NCBI GenBank assembly: GCA_963778115.1
Contig: CAVZSV010000004.1
Location: forward strand, 384,001 to 448,000
Length of the DNA: 64,000 nt
Direction: 5' to 3'
DNA from: an uncultured delta proteobacterium
Lineage (GTDB): Bacteria > Bdellovibrionota > FAC87 > UBA2466
Shown here: positions 50,811 to 58,885 of the stretch, piece by piece
How the letters are laid out: each line of letters opens with the position of its first letter
Position numbering within the stretch: position 1 is the stretch's first letter
Program-made: the position numbers and the translations under genes
The notes under the pieces: generated by a model
The model's database searches: none
What the model was told of the DNA's origin: nothing
Seen by the model: the letters and a program-made list of their open reading frames with translations, nothing else

Positions 50811-52094
50811 CTAGTGGATGGTCACGTGTAGACCAGTCTGCGTACTACTGACCTGTGATGAACGGGTGGCAAGATACGTAATAACCGCAGCCCCCACGAC
50901 ACCACTAGCGACGGCCCAAAACTTCCAATTATTATACCACCGAGATTCATCCGTGACCCCTGCAGTAACTCGCTGCGGCAATGGACCAGGAGACGACTCG
51001 GCAAGAGCCAACCTCGAATTGCGATGCCGACTGAGAAGATCGAGGAAAGCATCGGTAGCGATCGGTACGGCGTCAGTATTTGGATTTTCCAGCACGTCAG
51101 CAACTTTCCAAGGCGCTTGCATCGGAATCTCGTCCACCGAGACCCCGGGAGTATAAAGATAAAGGCGAAAGCGATCCCCTTGCGGCTCGACGAGGCAAAG
51201 GCTTTCGACCGCATGGCTTCGGCTTAATTGCGAAAGAGAATCTGCTGAATGTGACGGGGAAAGAGCGTTCATCGCAAGGGTCGCGCTCTTAATTCCGGGC
51301 CGTTCACAGGAGACAACTACGGTATTTGATTGAGAGCCCGCGGTTTCGGCTCTTAGATGGTAAGTGCCTCCTTTCGGCAAGCGAAATTGCCGGTGAGATC
51401 CCATTTCAAATCCATTTCCAAAGACCACAGCAGGACCGCCCGTTAAAGAGACATTCAGCAAGCAGCCTCTTGCCCACCTAGACTCCAAATCCAGAATTTT
51501 TGCTTCCATGGAGTTCAAAACCGAATGCTCGATTTCGCCGGTAACGCTGGGAAGTTCCGCTTTTGCTTGTGGGCTTAAGCTAATGGCGCGCCTTAGCAGC
51601 TCAGTGGCGACCGCCTCTTTCCCAGAGGCCCAATAAAATGCCGCTTCCGCCACAAACGCCTTTTGGATCACTGGTCCTGAACCGGAGACAGACAGTTGAC
51701 GTCGTAAAGTTTCAAGCTCTTCTACTTGCTGAGAAATGCCGGAACTCAAATTCGGATCGGAGAGATTTTCCGCTTTTTTCCAAAGCTCCGCAGACAACTG
51801 TTTGACTCTTCGCTCATTGGTTTCGCTCCTCAGCCACTCTCTCCTGCCTTTGAGAAAGATGGTCTCGGCGGAAGCATGAACCGCATCTAAATTTTCTAGC
51901 CAGCGTTGAATTCGTTTTTCCACTAAGGGATAAGCGCGCTCGGCGGAATAGTTTGTCGTACCCATCGAAACAATTCCCAAACGAGTACGCTCCAGAGGTA
52001 CGCTTGGGAGACCGGCTCCGCTGACTCCATTAGAGACAAAGCTCAAAAGGATCACAGGGGCTATCGTTGCATTATTGCGAAGTTTCATTGTCAT
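50811..52094 (-). CDS. Exported hypothetical protein (helical region, PEGA-like beta domain, WYxxWxFW C-terminal hydrophobic segment)
   Basis: Signal-like N-terminus. AVVFGNGFEMG..LPKGGTYHLRAE. WYNNWKFWAVASGVVGAAV. Confidence 0.65.
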   Translation of the reverse strand: MTMKLRNNATIAPVILLSFVSNGVSGAGLPSVPLERTRLGIVSMGTTNYSAERAYPLVEKRIQRWLENLDAVHASAETIFLKGRREWLRSETNERRVKQLSAELWKKAENLSDPNLSSGISQQVEELETLRRQLSVSGSGPVIQKAFVAEAAFYWASGKEAVATELLRRAISLSPQAKAELPSVTGEIEHSVLNSMEAKILDLESRWARGCLLNVSLTGGPAVVFGNGFEMGSHRQFRLPKGGTYHLRAETAGSQSNTVVVSCERPGIKSATLAMNALSPSHSADSLSQLSRSHAVESLCLVEPQGDRFRLYLYTPGVSVDEIPMQAPWKVADVLENPNTDAVPIATDAFLDLLSRHRNSRLALAESSPGPLPQRVTAGVTDESRWYNNWKFWAVASGVVGAAVITYLATRSSQVSSTQTGLHVTIH

Positions 52095-52112
52095 TCCGCT
52101 TCCGAATAAAAG

Positions 52113-52832
52113 TTACTCTGACCAAATTTCGACGCGTTTATTGGGAGCCGTCCGAGCGGTCGGATAACGTTTCCTCGACTTGGGTGTCTCTTCTGAAGGG
52201 TTCCTAAGTGCTAAGTTAAGTGTACCCGTTTGCCGCCCCTTTTCCACCGTCTCGATATCGGTTTGGGATAGGGCCAATACGACGTCTACGCTGCTCCCTG
52301 TCTTAGCCATATCAATAACCAGAGCCCCTTCGACTAAGACCCTCGGAAACTCTCGATCCTCTCGCGGAGTGCAAATCACATCGACGCGATCGCCGCGCCT
52401 AACTCGAAGCTTTGCATTGAGGGGCAGCACAAAGGCGCGCTTACCGGGCGGCACTCGAACGCCCAACCCCGAGACGGCAACCCCAGGCTCAATGTTATTC
52501 CAAGTTACGTAGTCACCGTGGGAAAGCGCTTCTTTGAGAGTCGCTCCTTTTAAAACTTCCAGATCCTGATCGGTCAACGTCTCCTCGGCGGGTCTGGCGC
52601 CCGACTGAGCAACGCTACGTGTTGTCACATCAGCCAAACCGATGGAGGAACCCACCGGCAGGCTGCGCCGCATCACTAAATACCGAGGGCCTTCACTTTG
52701 CGTGGGCCGGTAAAGGGTTCTTAGCTCCCACACCACGGCAAGGGAACTTACGACTCCGACACCCAAAAGCAGAGCGTGTGGCCGGCCAAGGCAGTGCCGT
52801 AATTGTCGCATAACTTTAATTATGGATGCCAT
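52113..52832 (-). CDS. cpaB: Flp pilus assembly protein CpaB/RcpC
   Basis: TM helix plus SAF domain. VPPGKRAF, RRGDRVDVI, GTLNLALRNP. Confidence 0.85.
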   Translation of the reverse strand: MASIIKVMRQLRHCLGRPHALLLGVGVVSSLAVVWELRTLYRPTQSEGPRYLVMRRSLPVGSSIGLADVTTRSVAQSGARPAEETLTDQDLEVLKGATLKEALSHGDYVTWNNIEPGVAVSGLGVRVPPGKRAFVLPLNAKLRVRRGDRVDVICTPREDREFPRVLVEGALVIDMAKTGSSVDVVLALSQTDIETVEKGRQTGTLNLALRNPSEETPKSRKRYPTARTAPNKRVEIWSE

Positions 52833-52993
52833 AAACGAACTCCGTCATACCGCTGCCTCTGCTTCTGCAAGTCTGCTAACCGACGATTCCAATACTTCGT
52901 AACCGAAATCTGAGCTCCCAACGTCCACCACACGAGCAGAGTTAACATCCAAAGTACCTCCCAAAAAATAACTCCAGCATTTTTTCGTTTCAC
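52820..52993 (-). CDS. 57-aa Tad pseudopilin-like protein (absent from the ORF track)
   Basis: MKRKNAG|VIFWEVLWMLTLLVWWTLG...WHP*. GTGA overlap with the upstream stop and overlap with the cpaB start. Confidence 0.75.
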   Translation of the reverse strand: MKRKNAGVIFWEVLWMLTLLVWWTLGAQISVTKYWNRRLADLQKQRQRYDGVRLWHP

Positions 52994-53610
52994 GGGAACT
53001 TTCTACTTTCAGAATATTCAGCGGGACGTAAAAAATAATCCCAGCCAGTGCTATTTCTAAGCGAACGCCCGGACCAACGGACCTCGACTGCCAAAGTGAG
53101 CGGCATGGTGCCATGGCCCCAAACTAAATAGCCCCTTTCCTTAGCGCGGATCTCCCAAAAAACGGGCCTTCCGCATCTAGGACAAGCGACTTCGACGACA
53201 GGAAGAGTAGACGATCGTGTCGTATTAAGAGCGTTCCCAGAAAAACGTGACGCCTCTAATCGAGCGCTCACCCAGGTCTGCTGCCAAAGGCTTTGCGCCC
53301 GCCAATAACTTGCCTGTCTAAACTCGTCTATTTTAACCTCCCATAGCCGATCGTCTGCGGCACAGGGGGACTGGGGTGCCAGTCGCGCACAGCTGTGTAC
53401 AACGTCGTGGATAGCTTCCCAGACCTCCAAAGTTCGATTGGCTTGCGTAAGCTCATTCCAAATTTTCCTGTCCCCCTTTCCTAGAACGATGGCCGCGTTG
53501 TCGACGGCAATCTGAAGCTCTTCTCTCAACCATAGCGATCGCAGGATCGACTGCGTCAATAGCGGACCCGACAATGCCACTAAAGCAAATGCTAAGAAGA
53601 GAATAGGCAT
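52990..53610 (-). CDS. TadG-like pilus-associated protein
   Basis: Hydrophobic N-terminus then REELQIAVDNAAI. Two Cys pairs. Position in the Flp locus. Confidence 0.6.
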   Translation of the reverse strand: MPILFLAFALVALSGPLLTQSILRSLWLREELQIAVDNAAIVLGKGDRKIWNELTQANRTLEVWEAIHDVVHSCARLAPQSPCAADDRLWEVKIDEFRQASYWRAQSLWQQTWVSARLEASRFSGNALNTTRSSTLPVVEVACPRCGRPVFWEIRAKERGYLVWGHGTMPLTLAVEVRWSGRSLRNSTGWDYFLRPAEYSESRKFP

Positions 53611-54005
53611 CGTCGGGTCATCTGAAGACGCGGATGCATCCACGCCCACAGTCCTTGGTAACGTATCTGGGCACTTCCCCATACTCCACCGTGGTGGTGC
53701 CCCGAGAGAAAATCGATCTTACGTCTCCATCGTGAACGCTCACCTTGGGGAAGAGCCGTAAGGGCTTCCTTGAGCGCTTTCGATCGAGCGCCGGATTCCT
53801 CTACCCCTAGAGCCCGATAACGTGTGTAAGAAAATGCAATCCAATGAAGTAACGTCTGCGCTTGAACCGCTCGGCCAAGTTCCACTGCAAAAATCAGCGA
53901 AGGTAAGATGATAAGGCCTAGCACCAGAACCCCTTCCCAAAGTACGGATCCGCCAGAGGAACGAGATAGCTTTCCTATCATCGGGCCTATCATCGGGCCT
54001 ATCAT
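53592..54005 (-). CDS. TadE-like pseudopilin
   Basis: SGG|SVLWEGVLVLGLIILP prepilin-like G|xxxxE motif plus TM helix. Confidence 0.7.
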   Translation of the reverse strand: MIGPMIGPMIGKLSRSSGGSVLWEGVLVLGLIILPSLIFAVELGRAVQAQTLLHWIAFSYTRYRALGVEESGARSKALKEALTALPQGERSRWRRKIDFLSGHHHGGVWGSAQIRYQGLWAWMHPRLQMTRRCLFSS

Positions 54006-54009
54006 CGGG
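53974..54009. repeat. 12-bp tandem repeat x3 (CCTATCATCGGG)
   Basis: Three exact copies at 53974, 53986 and 53998. Confidence 0.97.
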
Positions 54010-54286
54010 AGCCTCCAGCGGGCTTTCCGGCACTTTCCGTATAGTCGTCAAAGCCTCGAAGTTCATAACTGGAAGATTCTGGCTTCTCTAATTCTTTTTT
54101 CACGTCTTTGTCGCCACGAAGGGCGGAAGAGATCGTGGCGTACCGTGCTCTAAGATTCTGCCCTACCACGCTAATGACCGCGATCGCAGACACCGCAACC
54201 AGACAGAGTAAGATCAAATACTCCGTAAGGGCCTGCCCCTTTTGAAAGACGGTTTGAGTTCGTTGGCTTTTTAACGCGATTTTCAT
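54002..54286 (-). CDS. flp: Flp-family pilin
   Basis: QKG|QALTEYLILLCLVAVSAIAVI Flp motif. ATG at 54286 with a GAGG SD. Confidence 0.9.
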   Translation of the reverse strand: MKIALKSQRTQTVFQKGQALTEYLILLCLVAVSAIAVISVVGQNLRARYATISSALRGDKDVKKELEKPESSSYELRGFDDYTESAGKPAGGSR

Positions 54287-54306
54287 ATGACCTCGGGTGA
54301 GGACTG

Positions 54307-54322
54307 TGCATGACGCGAGCCA
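54307..54322 (-). promoter_or_regulatory. Putative sigma54 promoter of flp
   Basis: Minus strand TGGCTCGCGTCATGCA = TGGC..G-N4-.TGCA, GG-N10-GC spacing. Confidence 0.65.
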
Positions 54323-54445
54323 CCCTCCCAGGCACGGTTGGCATGACAAAGGTCCGGATTCCGTTCCTTCTAGGAAGTAAAACCGGATCCCGCGGCCCCT
54401 AACGCGAAACTAACGTTTCTTTTTTCCCTCACCGACGAAAAACAC

Positions 54446-54474
54446 TTGTCAAAAGGGGTAGATTCTCCTAATTT
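54446..54474 (+). promoter_or_regulatory. Putative sigma70 promoter of pdaD
   Basis: TTGTCA-N17-TAATTT. Confidence 0.55.
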
Positions 54475-54509
54475 TTTCGCTGCTTTGTCCACGTACAGGA
54501 GGTACGACG

Positions 54510-55055
54510 CTGTTTATTCCAAAAGAGATATTCTTCGTAAAAGGGGTTGGGAAAGAACGAGAACGTCTTGCGTCCTTTGAGATGGCACTCAGAGACGCTA
54601 AGATCGCCGAGTACAACCTCGTAAAAGTCACATCCATCTATCCTCCCCGCTGCCGGATGATTCCGATGCAGCAAGGAGTGAAGAAGCTTAAGGCGGGACA
54701 GATTCTGTATGTCGTTCTGGCAGAATCCTCGACCAATGAGCCAAACCGTCTGATCGCCGCATCGATCGGGGTAGCTATCCCTAAAGATCCCGACCAATAC
54801 GGCTATCTTAGCGAACATCACTCTTACGGTGAGACTAGCCAAAAGGTAGGAGAGTATTCCGAAGATCTCGCCGCCTATATGTTAGCGACCACCTTGGGAA
54901 TGAACTTCGAAAATGACGTCCAATATGATCCCCGCAAGGACCTATGGCGGATCAAAAAGGAAGTCGTCTCCACCCGAAACATCACGCAGACCGCGGTGGG
55001 TGAAAAGACCGGCCTTTGGACAACCGCGATCGCGGCGGCAGTGATGCTTCCCTAA
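54510..55055 (+). CDS. pdaD: Pyruvoyl-dependent arginine decarboxylase (CTG start)
   Basis: (M)FIPKEIFFVKGVG...SFEMALRDAKIAEYNLVKVT|SIYPP, YGYLSEH. AGGAGGT SD 6 nt before the CTG. Confidence 0.9.
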   Translation: MFIPKEIFFVKGVGKERERLASFEMALRDAKIAEYNLVKVTSIYPPRCRMIPMQQGVKKLKAGQILYVVLAESSTNEPNRLIAASIGVAIPKDPDQYGYLSEHHSYGETSQKVGEYSEDLAAYMLATTLGMNFENDVQYDPRKDLWRIKKEVVSTRNITQTAVGEKTGLWTTAIAAAVMLP

Positions 55056-55139
55056 GCGTTTGTGAATGGAGCTGGGTTGAACCACCAATAGGTTCACCCC
55101 GGCTCGCCTAATCTCTCTTTTTGGGATAGCGTTTAATGT

Positions 55140-56564
55140 GTGCTTTTGTTACTGAATTGGGCTCCCTACGTTTTATGGCTAGTATTGTCGGCCATCGCAG
55201 TCGCCAGTCTATTGCGCAATAAACGAGAACCGTCCTCGACCATCGCTTGGCTTGTTGTAGTCATCGCAATCCCTGTTTTGGGAACATTGCTCTTTTGGAT
55301 CTTGGGCCCGCAGCGGCTCGAGCGCAGTGCCGAGAAACGTAAAGAGAGGCTCCACGCCAAGGTTCCTCCACGCAATCCCAATCGTCCCCCTTCGCATACG
55401 GCCGATCATAGCGGACTGCGCGATAATTCCGTCCTCAAACTGGCCAAGCAGATCTCCGAATATGAAGTCTCTTTCGATAACCGTGTTAGCATTTTGCCGG
55501 ATCCCGCTACCTCGCTTGCGGCTATGCGCGAAGCCGTCCGCAGGGCAAAGCACTTCATCCATCTCGAATATTACATCATCGCTTCCGACGAAGTGACCCG
55601 GCAACTGACAGGAGATTTAGTCGACGCCGCCAAAAGAGGGGTTAAGGTTCGTATCCTCTACGATTCCTTTGGTTCGCTCTTTTTGAAGCGCATTTTCTTT
55701 AAAGACCTCATTAACCAGGGCGCTCAAATCGCAGGCTTTCTGCCCCTCTCTTTGGCCCCCCAACGACTCAATTTTAATTTCAGAAACCACCGCAAGATCC
55801 TATTAGTAGATGGAGTGTTGGCCTTCACGGGAGGAACCAATATTGGAAAGCAGTATCTGGGAAGACTCTCAGACAACCAGTGGCGAGACTTCTTGGTGCA
55901 GGTGGAGGGGCCGGTCTGTCTTCAGCTCTCTGACGTTTTCGCCAAAGACTGGCTGTTCACCACTAAAGAGAGCCTCTTTCTCCCTGAATATTTTCCCGAA
56001 CCCTCACGTGCCGGAGATTCCATCATCCAAGTCCTGGAAAGCGGACCGGACACTCCTTTTCATACCCTCCACCAGGCGATCTTCTTGGCTATCAATTCCG
56101 CCGAGAAGAGGGTTCTTTTGACCACCCCCTATTTTGTTCCGGATTCCGCGATGATGTCGGCACTGACGGTAGCTGCTCTGCGCGGAGTCGAAGTTCACCT
56201 CTTATTGCCCGCCAAGAGCGACTCGGCTTTGGTCCAACACGCCTCACGATCCTTCTACGATACCCTTTTGGAGGCCGGAGCTTCGATCTACGAGTACCAG
56301 CCCCGTATCTTGCACTCCAAGGTCCTTATCATCGACGATCGATGGACGGTCATAGGCTCCGCCAATATGGATGTGAGAAGTTTTCGACTTAACTTTGAAT
56401 TAAACTTGATGGTTTACGGCGAGGATCTTAGTCAGAAAGCAGCTGAAGTCTTCCACGCTGATCTGGCGCAGTCCAAAAAGGTGGTTAGAGAAGAGTTTTT
56501 AAAACGCCCCCTCAAGCAGCAGATTCTCGAAAACGCCTGTCGATTGCTGTCCCCGATGCTCTGA
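55140..56564 (+). CDS. cls: Cardiolipin synthase
   Basis: Two N-terminal TM helices and two HKD motifs (NHRKILLVD, LHSKVLIID). Confidence 0.95.
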   Translation: MLLLLNWAPYVLWLVLSAIAVASLLRNKREPSSTIAWLVVVIAIPVLGTLLFWILGPQRLERSAEKRKERLHAKVPPRNPNRPPSHTADHSGLRDNSVLKLAKQISEYEVSFDNRVSILPDPATSLAAMREAVRRAKHFIHLEYYIIASDEVTRQLTGDLVDAAKRGVKVRILYDSFGSLFLKRIFFKDLINQGAQIAGFLPLSLAPQRLNFNFRNHRKILLVDGVLAFTGGTNIGKQYLGRLSDNQWRDFLVQVEGPVCLQLSDVFAKDWLFTTKESLFLPEYFPEPSRAGDSIIQVLESGPDTPFHTLHQAIFLAINSAEKRVLLTTPYFVPDSAMMSALTVAALRGVEVHLLLPAKSDSALVQHASRSFYDTLLEAGASIYEYQPRILHSKVLIIDDRWTVIGSANMDVRSFRLNFELNLMVYGEDLSQKAAEVFHADLAQSKKVVREEFLKRPLKQQILENACRLLSPML

Positions 56565-56574
56565 GAGAGTAACT

Positions 56575-57084
56575 TTAGGTATTCTCGGCGCGGGTTACCT
56601 GGATAAATTCGGTAAGATAGTGTCTTGCCACCTGTTCGGCAGTGACTCGACTCCCCAGGAAAAACCATTCCACATCGTGAAAAGTCCCAAACTTCGCTTC
56701 TACCATTCCAGAGAACATAAAAGCGACTTTAGATTTTTGCATTCCTTCGACTGCGGAAACCCGGTCACACTGCAATTGAACGGTTCCGGGCTGGCGCATT
56801 GATAGCGACATCCGCATTTGATTGCGAGTCAGACTAAATTGGTCGAACGTATCGGAGCGAAGCAGACGCATCTGTAAATCACTGCTATTCACCCGCGAAT
56901 TGAAAAGTTTGGTCAAATATTCGAAATGATAAAAAAGGTCGCGGACGAACGTGGTCGTCTCCACGATCAAGACCTCTTCCTTGGTGCTAAAGATATCGAT
57001 GGAAGCTTTTTCTCCCGCTCGAATCATCAATTCCTGATCGGCCAAATTTTCAATCCACTTGATCGTCCGGTTGCTTGTCGACAT
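56575..57084 (-). CDS. Hypothetical protein
   Basis: Globular-looking ORF. Likely start MSTSNR at 57084. Confidence 0.7.
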   Translation of the reverse strand: MSTSNRTIKWIENLADQELMIRAGEKASIDIFSTKEEVLIVETTTFVRDLFYHFEYLTKLFNSRVNSSDLQMRLLRSDTFDQFSLTRNQMRMSLSMRQPGTVQLQCDRVSAVEGMQKSKVAFMFSGMVEAKFGTFHDVEWFFLGSRVTAEQVARHYLTEFIQVTRAENT

Positions 57085-57201
57085 GCGAGCCTTTGGAAAT
57101 TGAGACGGGAATTCCCCGAGCAGAGATTTTTTCACTCTAGGGAATAGCACCGGGGGGAGCGGTATTAAAAAAAATACCGCGACCCCCTAGCTAAAAAATT
57201 T

Positions 57202-57381
57202 GACTCCCCCATCGTTAGGCCGTGGTTCGGAAATCCTTAACCCAGAATCTGAAAGTGGTCGCCTTATTGCTGCTTTAGGCTTCCTACGAAGTAGGCATGC
57301 ACACCGCAACAAGTGAAAGCTCCCGGTTAAGAACTTTGTAGGGTAAGGAATATCATGTTCCACGAACCTGACAGGGGAGCT
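57202..57381 (-). ncRNA. ssrS: 6S RNA
   Basis: ~180 nt with closing stem CTCCCC/GGGGAG. Segments GTTCGTGG, TTAACC, GGTGTGCATG, GGAAGCCTAA, GGGTTAAG, CCACGG fit the 6S rod with central bubble. Confidence 0.85.
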
Positions 57382-57387
57382 AACCCC

Positions 57388-57416
57388 ATTATCGCAAAAA
57401 CGAAGCCGTCATCCAA
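57388..57416 (-). promoter_or_regulatory. Putative sigma70 promoter of 6S RNA
   Basis: TTGGAT-N17-GATAAT ending about 6 nt before the RNA 5' end. Confidence 0.65.
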
Positions 57417-57472
57417 GAGATACTGACGGGGCATTGTGCCCCATTCGGTTGGAATACAGCCCCTACCGAGGC

Positions 57473-57898
57473 TTAAGCTTCGGCATTCTTTACGGATAAT
57501 CCGGCAGCATCTTTGCCGGTGCCAACGCTGGCTTTACGCTCAAGAGTATCCAATTTCGTGCCCAAATCACGAACTTGGGTCTCTAGCGCCCGAATGACCT
57601 CTAACTGGTTTCCATCGCTGCCTTTAGCGAGGAAAGCCGTGAAAGAGCCATCACCTTGCTGAATAATATGGCGAAGAGTGGAAATCGGAATGGGACTGTC
57701 GGAACGCTTCTGCTTCTCAAAAATAATTTGAGTAAGCGTAGCTGCCGTTATGTCCTTTTGGTTGCGGTTATCGACAACCGTAACCTCTTCACCTTGTTGG
57801 ATCATCTCTGCGATTTCATCCAAAGTTACATAGCAACTGGCATCGGTGTCGTAGAGTTTACGATTCTGATACCGCTTAATAATTTTAGCCTTCTCCAT
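57473..57898 (-). CDS. PhaR/PhbF-type DNA-binding domain protein
   Basis: IIKRYQNRKLYDT..SCYVTLDEI...DITAATLTQII. Confidence 0.9.
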   Translation of the reverse strand: MEKAKIIKRYQNRKLYDTDASCYVTLDEIAEMIQQGEEVTVVDNRNQKDITAATLTQIIFEKQKRSDSPIPISTLRHIIQQGDGSFTAFLAKGSDGNQLEVIRALETQVRDLGTKLDTLERKASVGTGKDAAGLSVKNAEA

Positions 57899-58287
57899 TG
57901 TTACCCCCAACCTGAATGGTCTGTTTGTCTGTTACGTTTATAGTTGGGCAACACACCGAGCTTATTTCCTTTCACCATCGCCCCAGGTCTAAAGTCGAGC
58001 TTCCCATCCCGTTAATAACAACAACGACGACAACACCAACTTCAACGCCACCGAACCAACTTCGACCCACGCCGGGCATCTTTAGGAATCCGTAAGGCAG
58101 ATTCCTAATGCCAGCGTCCCAATATTTTCCCACCGACATCAACGCGGCGAGAAGGACGACTGACTCAGAGCTCGGATGAAGGAAACAATAACCCCTTTTT
58201 TGCCCCAACCCCCAACCGCTAATCCCATTCCCTCGCGATCTTCCCATGCAAGAGCACGAGAATCAGGAACAGCGATCATACGGGGAC

Positions 58288-58316
58288 ATTCTTGGTCCGC
58301 TGACCCTCTCTGTCAA
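58288..58316 (-). promoter_or_regulatory. Putative sigma70 promoter ~380 nt upstream of the PhaR-like gene
   Basis: TTGACA-N17-AAGAAT. Confidence 0.6.
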
Positions 58317-58433
58317 GAATTATTAGAACGCGTAACGGAAAAGCTATTTAGTTGAAAACGTGGAGCTTTTTGAGCGGACGGGGGGAGTCATTTTCAGCCG
58401 AAGGCATCCGAAAAGTTTCAAGAAAAAATACGC

Positions 58434-58853
58434 TTAGACCAGCTGATCTCTTAACAAAGATCTTAAGTCGACGCGTAGGTCCTGATGAAGTCTCTCTTTG
58501 GTCTTTTCGATCTGTTTAAGGGTGGGAATCACATCGCGATGTTGAACGGCGGATCGCAATTCATTTTCTTCGAAAGTAGGAGCCGTTAAGTCTTGAGTTT
58601 TCTGGTTATCGACGAGAGTCGCTGCCTCAACACAGAGCTTGGCTAACTTCGATAATTGCGCGTCAAGACGGGAACGCTGTTCCGCAGATTGAGCCTCTAT
58701 TTCGTGGAACTTTATCTCCATCACTTTAAGCGCTGCACCCAACTGCGATTCTATTTGCGTCGAGTCGGAATTTGCTCTTTTCAAAAAATAAAAAACCACG
58801 AGTCCGATGACGAGGAAATCAAACGCTAGTTGGAGAAGAACAAAGGCAAACAT
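58434..58853 (-). CDS. Membrane-anchored coiled-coil protein downstream of pilQ
   Basis: N-terminal TM helix, heptad-rich body, GAGG SD. Confidence 0.75.
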   Translation of the reverse strand: MFAFVLLQLAFDFLVIGLVVFYFLKRANSDSTQIESQLGAALKVMEIKFHEIEAQSAEQRSRLDAQLSKLAKLCVEAATLVDNQKTQDLTAPTFEENELRSAVQHRDVIPTLKQIEKTKERLHQDLRVDLRSLLRDQLV

Positions 58854-58885
58854 ATGGATACCTCAAGTAGGTGTGTCACAAGACG

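Noticed and set aside
52845..53114. 89-aa ORF from the track as the gene between tadG-like and cpaB
   Set aside because: No motif and a large overlap with the upstream gene. The 57-aa ORF in another frame has a prepilin motif and coupled start/stop.
57972..58247. 91-aa ORF as a protein-coding gene
   Set aside because: No SD or family motif, and its Gly/Val bias simply mirrors the G/T skew. Not fully excluded.
57899..58290. c-di-GMP-I riboswitch in the long leader
   Set aside because: The GGCAAA...GAAA...GACGCAAA core could not be assembled with proper stems.
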